A model generated the notes under the pieces. The model did no database searches and was not told the DNA's origin. It saw nothing but the letters and a program-made list of their open reading frames with translations. The position numbers and the translations under genes are program-made. DNA of 64,000 nucleotides from an uncultured Planctomycetota bacterium (GTDB taxonomy: Bacteria; Planctomycetota; Planctomycetia; Isosphaerales; Isosphaeraceae), in the NCBI GenBank assembly GCA_963845755.1, contig CAWJTV010000044.1, positions 50,936-114,935 on the forward strand. The letters are read 5' to 3'. This document shows positions 10,695 through 21,387 of this stretch, one piece after another (the stretch's first letter is position 1; each line of letters starts with the position of its first letter).

Positions 10695-11402
10695 ATGCTC
10701 ATCGACAACCAGACAGCCGTCCTGGTCTGCGCCGGTCCCTCCATAGACCGACTCTCGCCGGTCGCCTGGAGGGCGATCGAACAGGCGGGCGTGACCGTCT
10801 CAGTCAACGGATCGCTCGTCGCGCGGGCCTGCCTCCGTCACCGCCTCCGCTTCACTTACGCGGCGGCGATGGACGTTGCGACCGGGTTGGCCGAACATGT
10901 ACCGGGGTTCGCCGAGGTCTGGAAACAGACTCCGGCATGGCGTCTCAGCGCCCACGGAACGGCGGCCGAGGCCGAATCGTATGTCAAGGAGGTAGAGTGG
11001 TGGGGTGACTGCCCGGACGAAGGATACATCGGCGGCAGCACGGCAATGGTCGCCGGCAACTGGCTCTGCAATCCCTGGCCGGAGGACGCCGACTCCCGGA
11101 ACGCGTTAGAGGCTACGTCGCGCAGGTCCGGCAAGCCGATCCCCCGCCGCGGCTTCAAGCGACTGGCCTATGTGGGCCTGGATATGATACCCGGGCAAGG
11201 TGGACACGCCGAGGGCGCCGGGATGCATAGCAGCGGCTTCTCAGAGAGCCTCAGTCGGTACTACATTGTCTGCAACAACTGGAGGCTATTCTTCCTCGAG
11301 GCCCGCGAGCGCGGGATCGAGGTTGTCAACCTGACTCCCGGGTCGGCATTGGAGCGACTCCCCCGACTCGACATCCCGGATGACTGGTTGGTGCCCGGAT
11401 GA
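10695..11402 (+). CDS. DUF115/sialyltransferase-like Rossmann protein
   Basis: AVLVCAGPSI, VSVN, GGST, GFKRLAYVGLDM and VVNLTPGS.L pattern. Confidence 0.55.
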   Translation: MLIDNQTAVLVCAGPSIDRLSPVAWRAIEQAGVTVSVNGSLVARACLRHRLRFTYAAAMDVATGLAEHVPGFAEVWKQTPAWRLSAHGTAAEAESYVKEVEWWGDCPDEGYIGGSTAMVAGNWLCNPWPEDADSRNALEATSRRSGKPIPRRGFKRLAYVGLDMIPGQGGHAEGAGMHSSGFSESLSRYYIVCNNWRLFFLEARERGIEVVNLTPGSALERLPRLDIPDDWLVPG

Positions 11403-11643
11403 TGGCTCTCCGCGGGCGTCGGTTCCGGCCAGACCACACCGCCTGGCCGGACTCGCCGCCGAGACAACCTGGGCACAGAATCCTGATCTGATTCGAGTAT
11501 TCGGAGTATCGAAGGCATTCTTATAATGAATCGACTTTGCCGGGAGAGATGGTCCCCGAGCGTATCCACTTCGGGGATGGCGAGCGTTCTGGCTGGCAAC
11601 AGCAAATCTCTCGCAGGGCCCCTTGACCAGGAGAAATAGCCGA

Positions 11644-12511
11644 ATGTCGATCGATAGACCACCGGGCTCTGAGGCCAGGGCGACACGCCCGGATGACGTC
11701 GACCCCGGTCCGCTGATCGGGACCTGGCGGAATACCAACGCCGACACCGGCCAGATCGCGGGCCTGCACGTCCAGGTTGTCGAAGGCCTGCGCGATGCTG
11801 AACGTGTGGGGGTCGTCGCGGCCATCCCACCGAGACTGGGGCAGGGTCCCCATCGGCATGCTCTACAAAGGGAGCCCGGGGGCCGCGCAGGCGTCGGCCT
11901 TCGAGGCCCAATTCGAGTTCGGCCCGATGACGGCCCTCCTGGAGGCGAACCTTAGCAAGGGCCTGCTGATCATCGCCTGTTTGAAGACTTTTCGCGATGA
12001 CAGCGGGCGGTCGAACTACTTTGTTCGGGAGTTTTTCCGGAGGACCGACGAAGGTCAGCCGCCCGCGCTCGCCCCCGTCAACCGTGGAGGGCGGCCCATC
12101 ACGTGTGCCGACGATGAGCCCCCACAGGCCCAAGAGCTGTCGGGCTCGCGGAGTCTCGACCCGAAGTTATTCGCCGGTCATTGGAAAAACACCGACAATG
12201 GGACGCACGGCCTTCGAGAGGTCCGGCTGGCCGACCGGGACGGCGGGTTTCTCTTCGAGGCTGACTTCGCCGAGGATCGAACGGACGATCGACGGCGCGA
12301 GGCAATCGCCCAGCCGTTCGCCGAGAACGCGGCCGGTACGGTCGCGACGCAGTTTCACACAGCGATCGAGCGGGCCGGTCAACGAATGGTGATGCACGGT
12401 TGGGTCAAGCTGGGGGTGATGGTTATCGCCGTGTTCCGTCGTCCGATGGACTCGTCGGCGATCGCCCCCTGGTTCGACCGCGAATTCTTCTATCGAGCGG
12501 ATCGCCATTGA
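11644..12511 (+). CDS. Hypothetical protein with two tandem beta-barrel-like repeats (frameshift near 11790)
   Basis: Joins ORFs 11623..11955 and 11777..12511; repeat 1 DPGPLIGTWRNTN...NYFVREFFRR, repeat 2 DPKLFAGHWKNTD...PWFDREFFYR. Confidence 0.65.
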
Positions 12512-12588
12512 AACTCCGAGGGCTTGGGCGCCGACGGCCCGGATGGGCCACGATCTTGCCCGCTCCGATGACCCGGGGAGAAGCCACG

Positions 12589-13685
12589 ATGATGCGACGT
12601 CTCCGCTTCCACTGGAGCCTCTCCGCGGCGGGCGACCCTCTGCGTGCCTCGCAAGCACGCGCCGAGCAATCGGGGGTTCCGGATATCCCGGCTCACGTCG
12701 AATTCTGCCGGTACGCGGAGCGTTGCGGCATCGAATCGCTGTTGACCGCCTATGGGTTCCACCGGCCCGACCCGATCGTCCTGGCCGCCGCCCTGGGATG
12801 CCGGACGGAGTCCATCGCCTTCATGATCGCAGTCCGATCGGGAGTCTTCGCCCCGACCGCTTACGTCCAGCAGATCAACACGTTGTCCGTACTGACCGGC
12901 GGCCGGGTGTGCTTGAACGTCGTCATGGGTCACACGCCGGAGGAGCAACACTACTACGGTGATTTCCTCTCTCACGACGAGCGATTCGAGCGGACGGACG
13001 AGTTCCTGACCATCTGCCGTGTCGCTCTGGGACAACCAGGCACCGGTCACGTTCCAGGGCAAGTATTATCGGGTTGAGGGGTCGCGGCTGAACACTCCGT
13101 TCAGCGCCGCCGGACGGATCGGACCAGAGATCTACGTCGGCGGTTCCTCGCCTGCGGCGCTCCACCTTGCGGTCAAACACGCCGACTGCCTGCTCACATT
13201 GCCCGACGCCCCGGCGGCAACGGCCGAACGAGCCCGTCCCGTGCTCGAGGCCGGCAAGGCCGTCGGACTGCTCGTGTCCCTGGTGGCGCGGGCTTCGCGC
13301 GACGAGGCCCTCTCCGCGATCAAGGATCTGCTGGCCCGCGTCGCCGATCGCGCGGAAGACCCACCGCGAGTTCTCGGCTCGCTCGGACTCGGTCACGTTC
13401 ACCTCGATGATCGGGAAGGCCGAGTCGCAGGATGCCTGGGTCACACCCACGCTCTGGACTGGCGCCGTCCCGTATCTCGGGGCACCTTCGATCGCCCTCG
13501 TGGGCGATTACGACGAAGTCGCGGACGCCATCTGGGAATACCGGAAGGTCGGGGTGAGTCAATTCCTCTTCCTGGGCTGGCCCGACATCGAGGAGATGAC
13601 CCGATTCTCGCAACACGTCCTGCCGCGCGTTCGGCATCGCGAGAACACCGAAGCGACAGGCGACCGTTCGACAACCGAGGGATGA
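12589..13685 (+). CDS. LLM-class flavin-dependent monooxygenase (SsuD-like), two frameshifts
   Basis: LRFHWSL, AERCGIESLL, FMIAVRSG, GRVCLNVVMG, RFERTDEFL, PEIYVGGSS, LWTG...ALVG; spread over three ORF-track frames. Confidence 0.85.
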
Positions 13686-13691
13686 GCTGCC

Positions 13692-14760
13692 ATGAGCCTT
13701 CGTTTCCACTGGCGGATGATCCACGGCGGTGAGACCGGGGGCGTGCCGCGCGGCACCCAGAACCAGTCGGTCGAGATGAGCCAGCCCGATCTGGTAGCCC
13801 AGGCCGAGTTCTGCCGCCTGCGCGCTGGCGAGCGGAGTCGAGTCGCTCCTCCTGGACTTCGGCTTCGCCAAGCCGGATCCGATCCTCCTCGCCGCTGCCC
13901 TCGGCATGCTCGTCGATGACATCAAGTTTATCGTCGCGTACCGTTCCGGCCTGATGTCGCCGGTGACTTTCGTGCAGCAGCTCAACTCGCTTTCGTCCCT
14001 GATCCGTGGCCGTTTCTCCTTGAATATCGTCGCCGGCCACTCTCCTGACGAGCAGCGCTCATACGGCGACTTCCTCGATCACGACCGGCGCTACGAGCGA
14101 ACGGACGAGTTCCTCGCGGTCTGTCACGCGTTCTGGCGAGGCGAGAAGGACATCGACTTCGAGGGACGGCATTACCGGATCCAGAAGGGAAACCTGAATG
14201 CGCCATTCATCTCCGACGACCGGCGCCATCCGGAGATCTATATCGCGGGCAATTCCGAGCAGGCCGAGCGATTGTCAATGTCGCGGGGGGACTGCTGGAT
14301 GCGAATTGCCGATACGGCCGAGAATGTCGGCAAGGCGGCCGCCCCTGTGCTGGAGCAGGGGATCGACGTGGGGTTGCGGATGTCGGTCGTGGTCCGCCCC
14401 ACGCACGAGGAGGCCGTTGCCGCGGCGTACGACCTCGTCGGGGGCATGCAAACGGGTGACCCGGTGCGCCGGGTCGAGCAACACTTCATTCAGCGTAGCG
14501 ACTCCGTCTCGATGCATGACCTCTACCGCCGCGCCGAGCAGGACTGGCTCGGACCGGCATTGTGGGCCGGCGCCGTGCGCACCCACGGTACACCGGCGAT
14601 CGCGCTGGTCGGCTCGCCCGAGGAGGTCGCTACGGCGATCATCGAGTACAAGGCCGCAGGGGTTTCCCAGTTCATCTTATCGGGATGGCCGAAGCTCGAC
14701 AGCATGGAATTCTTTGGCATGCATGTCCTGCCGCTCGTTCGAAGCATGGAGCGAGCCTAG
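13692..14760 (+). CDS. LLM-class flavin-dependent monooxygenase (SsuD-like), paralog, one frameshift near 13825
   Basis: LRFHWRM, FIVAYRSG, GRFSLNIVAG, RYERTDEFL, PEIYIAGNS, ALVGSPEEVA, FILSGWP. Confidence 0.88.
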
Positions 14761-14935
14761 GGCTTCCGCCTCGTGTCTCTCGCTCGAGGCTCGTTAACCG
14801 CCTTCTGCATCCTCGGTAGCCTCGTCCTGTTCGGAATTGTCAACCCCGACGAGGATTGGCCAGGAATGCGACCTGTCGCGTCCATAGACTGGCCTCGGCC
14901 AGACGCAACCTGGCCGACGGCGAGGAATAAGAGAA

Positions 14936-14978
14936 AAGCCACCTCTCGGACTCGAACCGAGGACCCCAGCTTTACGAA
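14936..14978 (-). repeat. att site: 43-bp duplicate of the tRNA-Thr 3' part
   Basis: AAGCCACCTCTCGGACTCGAACCGAGGACCCCAGCTTTACGAA is identical to 27194..27236. Confidence 0.95.
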
Positions 14979-15164
14979 CGAAGCTCTTGCAACCGCTTCT
15001 ATCGCCTTAACTTGATGTCGCTTCACAATTTACCGCCAACTCTCCCCGGTTTGCAAGTCCTGACGAACCGAAATGTGCAAGTGCCTGTGGTCACGGTAAT
15101 TGCGAAAAAACCTCTTACGAACGTAGTCGGATTGGCCGGTAGTTTTCGGTAGTCGCCGCGCACG

Positions 15165-15197
15165 AAAAAACCCCGCGCCAGCGTACCGGGCGGGGTT
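15165..15197 (-). terminator. Rho-independent terminator closing the element's minus-strand transcript
   Basis: Minus strand AACCCCGC-(loop)-GCGGGGTTTTTT. Confidence 0.7.
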
Positions 15198-15243
15198 AGC
15201 AGAACACTCAGATTCGCGGCCTTGCGTCGGGATCGGGGAAGAC

Positions 15244-15657
15244 TCAAGCCATGGCCGGAGAACGCAAGGGCGCGGCGCCACGTCGCTCTATCAATAGGGA
15301 TTTCATCCGCTCGGATCGGGCACTCCGCTCCACATCGGTGAGGACTGGACGGCGACGCTTCCGGGGTCTCAGGATTGCGGCGACGTCGCCGAGAAGGAAC
15401 GGCGCGAACAGGACCCGGGCCTCGGTGTCACCCCGTTGGTGCACGTGGACGCCGGGGACTGAGATCAGCTTGCCGACCATCTTCGGATTCCCGGTCCAGG
15501 CGGCCAGTGTGGTCGGTCCATGGACGGAGATGAACCCGTAACGGCATGGAATGCGATAGAGCCAGGGCCGAGACGACCGAGCCTGGTCGATCGTCGCGGT
15601 CTCATCGACGGTGATGCGGTATCCTCGCTCGGCAGCGAGGCGGTGAAGGTCGATCAT
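15244..15657 (-). CDS. Hypothetical protein of the element
   Basis: MIDLHRLAAERGYRIT...PWLYRIPCRYGFI...HQRGDTE; GAGAGG RBS upstream. Confidence 0.65.
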   Translation of the reverse strand: MIDLHRLAAERGYRITVDETATIDQARSSRPWLYRIPCRYGFISVHGPTTLAAWTGNPKMVGKLISVPGVHVHQRGDTEARVLFAPFLLGDVAAILRPRKRRRPVLTDVERSARSERMKSLLIERRGAAPLRSPAMA

Positions 15658-15713
15658 TCGGTCCTCTCGTAAATGTGGGGCTCCAGGCCCCGTGGAACGT
15701 AGCAAGGTCCCCT

Positions 15714-16013
15714 CTATCCAGCCGATGGCCAAGCGGGGCTCCCAGGGTCACCAGGGGCGTTGTACAGGCATCCCCGCGGGCGCGGGCGCGGTGGCTTGGG
15801 TCCCTTCAGGATCTCGAGGAACCGAACCAGCTCGGTTTTTGGAACGTGAAGGGTTCCGCGCTGGTTCGGATGCAGGTGCAACCCCAACGGCCGGGTTACG
15901 CGCTTGAGATCCTCTTGGGACCATCCGGCATCCCGCATGGCAGTTTCGATCTCGGCATACATGTGAATGTCTCCGTTCAGGGTCGAAGCAAGCGGGCATT
16001 TTGTTTGAGCCAC
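15714..16013 (-). CDS. Small hypothetical protein
   Basis: ORF in the tightly packed minus-strand run (MYAEIETAMRDAGWSQEDLKR...); start uncertain. Confidence 0.45.
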   Translation of the reverse strand: MAQTKCPLASTLNGDIHMYAEIETAMRDAGWSQEDLKRVTRPLGLHLHPNQRGTLHVPKTELVRFLEILKGPKPPRPRPRGCLYNAPGDPGSPAWPSAG

Positions 16014-16246
16014 CGCCGGGCCTGTGCCTTCTCGGTTTTCAGCCGCTTGGGAAGCTCGGCGTAAGTTCTCAGGAGTCGGAGGGCTGTCAGCGAATCAAGC
16101 CAAGGGCCTCCCTCGACGCGTGCAACCAGTTCAAGCTTCTCGAGCGGATCGCATGCCGGTCGCCTGCGATTCGCCGTGGCCAAACGATCGTAAAACCGGG
16201 CCGTGCGTGGCTGCTGTGCCATACGGTCTCCGTCTGTGGAGTCCAA
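15977..16246 (-). CDS. Small hypothetical protein
   Basis: Helical, protein-like ORF in the same run. Confidence 0.45.
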   Translation of the reverse strand: MDSTDGDRMAQQPRTARFYDRLATANRRRPACDPLEKLELVARVEGGPWLDSLTALRLLRTYAELPKRLKTEKAQARRWLKQNARLLRP

Positions 16247-16367
16247 TGAACCATCGTTTCAGTGGAGTTGGCGTTGGCGTCGGCGAGTTGGCGCCGAAGA
16301 CGCCGTTCGGGACCACGGTGTTCGGGACGAATTCGTTGAAGACGGCAGAAGCAGAGATCGCCATGGT

Positions 16368-16802
16368 TCATCTCCGATCCGGCTTGAAGCCGACTGTCTT
16401 GAGCAACCTCGCAACCATCTCGGCATCGGGTTCGGTCTCTGGGTCGCGTTCGATGCCGGCTCGGAGGTCGCGCGCGAAGTTGCGCATGGCCAGCGCGCTC
16501 GCTGGCGTGGCGTATGTCCATTTCTCGGGATGCCCCCTGTGGCGAGTCAGCTCGCCAGTCGTATTGCCGAATAGCTCGGCAACCACCAGCCAATAATGGG
16601 CCAGCGTGGCGCCGTGCTCGCCCCCTGGGTTGCCGAGTTGCCCCTCGATGTAGCGATCCAACTCGTCTTTCGGACCGTCGCGATCCGCTGGCTTCCACCC
16701 GCGGGGGATGAGCAGCCTCTCGGCAGTTTTAATCCTCGAACGAATCGACCTCTCCAGCCCCATGCTTCCCGCCTTTCTTCTGCGACTCGATGTAGGACTC
16801 AA
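16368..16802 (-). CDS. Hypothetical protein
   Basis: Start overlaps the end of the upstream ORF; protein-like composition. Confidence 0.55.
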   Translation of the reverse strand: MSPTSSRRRKAGSMGLERSIRSRIKTAERLLIPRGWKPADRDGPKDELDRYIEGQLGNPGGEHGATLAHYWLVVAELFGNTTGELTRHRGHPEKWTYATPASALAMRNFARDLRAGIERDPETEPDAEMVARLLKTVGFKPDRR

Positions 16803-17149
16803 TCAGCGCCGTGCGGCGTTCCAACTCGGACCACGCCGAGACGGCCACCAGTTGGCTGAGGATCTCGCGAAGGGCACCAAGCTTGACCTGGTCGCTGGTC
16901 GATGACTTCGCCAGGTTGGCGAGCCCCGCGATGGCCCAATTTCCAAGTCGCCGTCAGTCGGCCGATCATGGCGTCGGTCAACTCGCGGCGGTGTCTGGCA
17001 ACCTGCGCCTTGAACTCAGGGGTTGACGCCCATTGGTACGCAGTCCGCTCTGATACTTGATCCTTGTGCTTGGCCGCCCACTCGCGGATGCCCTGGCCGC
17101 CGGCGACCGCCAACGCCAGCTCGTCTAGCCTGGATTCCCATGGAGGCAA
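16799..17149 (-). CDS. HTH protein, terminase small-subunit-like (3' end probably frameshifted)
   Basis: LALAVAGGQGIREWA..VSERTAYQW...PEFKAQV..RRE: HTH followed by a helical tail, a pattern seen in small terminase-like proteins. Confidence 0.5.
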   Translation of the reverse strand: MPPWESRLDELALAVAGGQGIREWAAKHKDQVSERTAYQWASTPEFKAQVARHRRELTDAMIGRLTATWKLGHRGARQPGEVIDQRPGQAWCPSRDPQPTGGRLGVVRVGTPHGAD

Positions 17150-17598
17150 AAACGGGGTAGGCTACGACGCAATCAATAAACGAAACGAAATTCGTCGAAG
17201 TGGGGTTTCCCCTGGATTTCAAGGGGTTCTGGCCTGAAACGGCTCATCGAAACGCCACCCTCGATGTTAGGCGATCCGTAAACTGAAAAAAGAGCATCCA
17301 CGGCGTCAACCCAATGTATCCACTGTGGCGAATTCGACAGATTTATCCCAAAAACCCCTTATTTTCCAGGAGGAAGTGAGATTCGCTCGATGAACATATT
17401 ATCCACGATGATCAAGTTAACTTAGTGGGAGACCCACCTTTAACTCTTGGAAGAGCATAACCAGTTCCGAGGCGAAAAGCTGGGAATCGCGGGCTTTTTT
17501 CCAACTATGCGGCAACAAATGTTAGCCCAATCTGCCTCCATGGGAATCCAGGCTAGGAGTGCGGGATTCTTCTTCTTACGCATCGGAATGCTCCGTTC

Positions 17599-19144
17599 TT
17601 ACCATGGCACCGTTGGCTTCGGCGCGCTGGGCATCGGGGGTGGAACTCCGCTGCCCTTCTGTTTCTTGATCACTTCGGTTTGGTGCTCAATCCGTTGGAT
17701 CAACTCGCGGAGCAACTCGTCTGTAATTCCGCGACTCTGGCTCTTTGCGTTGTCAAAGGGCGTCGGACTCTCGCCCAATTCGGCGCGAGCGCGAGCGATC
17801 GCCTGGCGGTTGATCTGTTGGGTCTTCAGGTCATCCGAGAACGGCAAGATTCCCTTCGCGCGATCGAGCCAGGACGGGTGCTCGAAGGCGCCGCCTTTTA
17901 TCAGTTCGATCTCTGCAATCTGGCGACGTCGAGCCACCGAGTCATTTCGTGCGCCCATCCGGGCCTCTTCCGCGGCCTGAGCCGCATCGAGCTTGGCCTG
18001 GCGAGCCGTCTCGGTTCCACGGTTCTCTTCGATGGTTGTCTTGAGAACGTCAGGGGTCGTCTCATCGACGAGCTTCTTCCACTTCTCTAGCCCCCTGTCC
18101 CCCTGATCGACGAGCCCGCGCAGGGTGTTCTGGCCGATGGATTCCGGCGCAATCTCTTTCAGGACCTTATCGAGATCCTCACCGTTCGCCTTCCGGCCTT
18201 CGAGGTTCTTCACGAGTCCGCGGAGCCGTTGGTATGGCGTGGCGTTGTGCTCGACGCCGTATTCCTTGCCCTTGCCCTCGATATCGAGTTCACGAGCTAC
18301 CTGGATCGCGCGGAGAAGGTGGGTCCCTTCTTCCTCTGGCGCAATCTCCGGCATTCCGGCGAGGAGCGGGGCGGCTTCTTCGGCCGAAAACCCCTGAGCC
18401 TGGATTCGAGTCATCATCGGCAGAAGGTGCCCAACTTCGGCCGATGACGCTTCGAGGGTGGCAAAGACCTTGCCGGCCCTTGTCTTCATCTCGGTGGCGT
18501 TAGTCGGCCCTTTCTGCTGGGCCAGCAAGCCACCAGCGAAACCGGCCATTTCCTGCTGGGAAACGCCCTTCTGCTTGGCGTATTCCATAAGTGCCGAAGT
18601 GAACTCATTAGAGTCTTTCTGAGATAGTTTCGCGTTGGGTCCATCGCCGACGTACAACGATGCCTTGGAGAGATAGGCTTCGCTGAACTGCTTGGCTTCC
18701 TCTGGGGTGACGTTAGCTTTCTCGGCCCGATCGATCTCAGCCAGCGCAAAGGCGGTCGTGTTCTTCTTGCCGCTCAGGCTGGCGACGGCGTTCATGTCGG
18801 CGCGGAGCTTCTGGAAATGGTTCGCCATCTGTTCGACGCGAATGGAGGCTTCATTGAACTGTTCCACGATGGCGCCGGCGGTTGCCTTGACCGCCGCAAG
18901 CCCGATCTGTGGCGCGTATCAGGTTCGCGACTTCGTTACTGACGCCCCTGGCGGCGGAGGCAACGCCATCCATGCCGCGCTTGGCCGTGTCTGTCCCTCC
19001 CTTGCTCGCGCTGCCGAAGTCCTGCATGCCCTTCGCGCCCTTGTGCGTCGCCTGATCCAAGGCTCGGCCGAAGGCATCGACGTTCCTGAGCGCCGACTTG
19101 TTTTCGAGCACGAGGCTAATCTTGAGTTGCTTACTTCCGTCCAT
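17599..19144 (-). CDS. Short tail tape-measure-like protein (~515 aa; frameshift near 18910)
   Basis: Joins 18851..19144 and 17599..18867; N-terminal LKISLVLE, Ala/Gly/Lys-rich helical body; directly downstream of a G/GT frameshift pair. Confidence 0.7.
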
Positions 19145-19152
19145 TTATTGCC

Positions 19153-19740
19153 TCAAAATATGCCTTCGCAGGCATCATTTTCGATAGCCATCCGGATGCT
19201 GTCCACCCAGTTGGTTCGCGGTGGGGTTCTGTCGTTGGCTTCCAGGATATCGACGACATCCACTAGGTCTTCGAGGAGCATGAGCGCTGGCAGCGACCCG
19301 TTCGCCATGGCGGTAATCTTCCGCCAGCGCATCAGCGTTTTGGGCCGGTTTTCCCCCGGACCAAATTGGTTATCGACTCGACCATCTCTATTGACTGCTG
19401 GCTCTCATCGGGACTGCCGAACTCGAAAATGAACAGACTCTTCAAGTTCCTCGTCGCTTAGATCGTACTGACGTTCGAGCAGCATCGCCCCGAGGGTCAG
19501 GATACCGATGATAATGTCGTGGTTCGATGATGTATCGTTGGCGATCACATCGACCGCCTCATCGAACTCCGGCCCGAACGTCGTGTTTTATGTGAGACCG
19601 ACCGGGCGCCCATCGATGAACGTCGGATGGATCACGCCGACTGGCTTGGGGAAGTGCCATTCATTCCCGTCATGCAGTCGGATCGGATACGAGTGCTCGC
19701 TGAACGTAGGCAGTCTTCGGCTTTTCTCGTCGATTTGCAT
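19153..19740 (-). CDS. Tail assembly chaperone pair G/GT with programmed -1 frameshift; G copy has an in-frame TAA and one indel
   Basis: G: MQIDEKSRR...QYDLSDEELE..LF...RGKTGPKR*, stop at 19332; slippery C-CCA-AAA at 19344..19338; -1 frame open to TGA 19153, 8 bp before the tape-measure ATG. Confidence 0.72.
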
Positions 19741-19924
19741 TGGGGTTCTCGAAGAGGAATCGGTGTGCGTCCTGGACAGCCGGCCGGGTCCGCTCTGCGA
19801 ATCGGCACAGCTCGCTTGGACGGCTTCCGGATCTGCCTCGGTCGGTTGCTTGGGGTCCATGGGAGCCTTTCGGGGGGAGATGGGAGCGTCCGTGCTCCCG
19901 GGGCAAGCGTCACGTGCCCAGTTC

Positions 19925-20601
19925 TCAGGTGTAATGCTTGTAGAAATGATCGCGATTCGTGTGTATCAGGACCTTCGTCGGCTGGCCGGGGGCGAGCAAC
20001 GCCCACAGGGTGACCGTGTCGTCCTTGTTGCGCCGGCGATTGAGTCCCAGGGAGAAGCGATAGCGCTCGTCGGCCACCTGGGTATCAACGCTCGCCTGTG
20101 CATCCGCCACGCGGAACGCGTTGAACCTCGCCTTCAGCAGTCCAGACTTCTGCGCAGGGTTGCGGCATTCCGGGCGGCCTGGTCGGTATCCTGGCTGAAC
20201 TCGCCGAAGTCGCCGCTGGTCATCCTCGTGACCCAGGTGCGAACTTCGTCGGGGGCCATCATCAAGATCCGGTTCCCGCCCTCTTTCGAGAATGTGACGT
20301 CGCTCTCGGCAACCGTGAACAGGCTCTTGGCATCGCCGATCACCGCGGTTGCGTTGAAGGGCTTCACCGGGGCCGGGGCGCCATCGGGGGTCGCCATCAC
20401 AGCCGCGGCGTAATCGCCCTCGAGTTGCTTTACCAGTCGGTCGGCTGCCAGGTTGTATCCGGCATTCCGCAGGCTCGCGATTTCCATGTCGGCCGCAGTC
20501 GGGACCGAGGGAAGTGCGCCGATCTGCGAGGTCTCATGGAACGCGTCGGCGAACATTTGGGCCGGCGACTTGGGCTTGGAGAGTTGGGTTCCACTTGGCA
20601 A
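19925..20601 (-). CDS. Hypothetical protein (probably one gene, frameshift near 20140)
   Basis: ORFs 20134..20601 and 19925..20110 are collinear. Confidence 0.5.
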
Positions 20602-20659
20602 TTTAAGGCTCGCTTTCTAATGTTGAGATGTCAATCTTTGGGGGTTCAGCGGATGACGA

Positions 20660-21387
20660 TCACCTGCCGCTTGGCCGCTCCGCCGAGCCCGACGCTCTGG
20701 CCGAAGATGAACCCGGCTTCCTTGGACTGGCTTTGGATCGCCTGAAGGCGCTGGGCCATCTGATCCCAGGTCTCGGGCTTGACCTCGCGGGATGCGGCAG
20801 ACCAGCTCCCGGCTGTGGCTGCGATCCCAGGCCGCTCGAGCGGACCTGGGTGAGATGCTGGCCGCCGAGACCGATGGCACCTTGCTGGCCAACCCGTCGC
20901 TCATATTCGGCCGCGATGGCCTCCAAGCTCCCGGGCCGCGGCTGTGCCGGCGGCATGACGAACTGATCCCGGTTCACGGCCGTTTCGAGGCGAGCCCGAA
21001 TGACTTGCGGCAAGAGAACCGGATCAACCTGTTGTAGGTCGCTCCAAGCGGTCGCCAGCGTCTGCGCGGCGCCCGGTCGGAGGTTCGTGCCGGCCGCTTC
21101 GATCGCGGCTCTCAGGTTGATCTCCGACGTCTTCATCGGGGCCGGCTTGGGCGCCGAGGCTGGATCTTTCCAAAAGCCCGCGTAGTGCCCGCTTGACAGG
21201 TTGTTGACGACGAACTTGGAGACTTCTTCGGGCGTCTTGCCAGCGATCTGGCCAGCCCAGACGTGAGTCAAGGCCGGCGTAGCTCCATCAACCAGCGCGA
21301 CCTGATAGGCGCCAGCGCCGTTGTGATGGCCTCGGCGGGAGTCGGAGGAGTCGGGGCCGGGGTTTCAGGTGCGGTCTCGGTGCTCAA
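20660..21387 (-). CDS. Pro/Ala-rich protein with a duplicated helical unit, possible capsid-scaffold-like (frameshift near 21310; true 3' end uncertain)
   Basis: TTG start after GAAAGGA; units AEAITTALA..ALVDGATPALTHVWA and INLRAAIEAAGTNLRPGAAQTLATAWS. Confidence 0.4.

Noticed and set aside
14936..14978. Second tRNA-Thr gene
   Set aside because: Only the 3' 43 nt are present; it is the att duplicate
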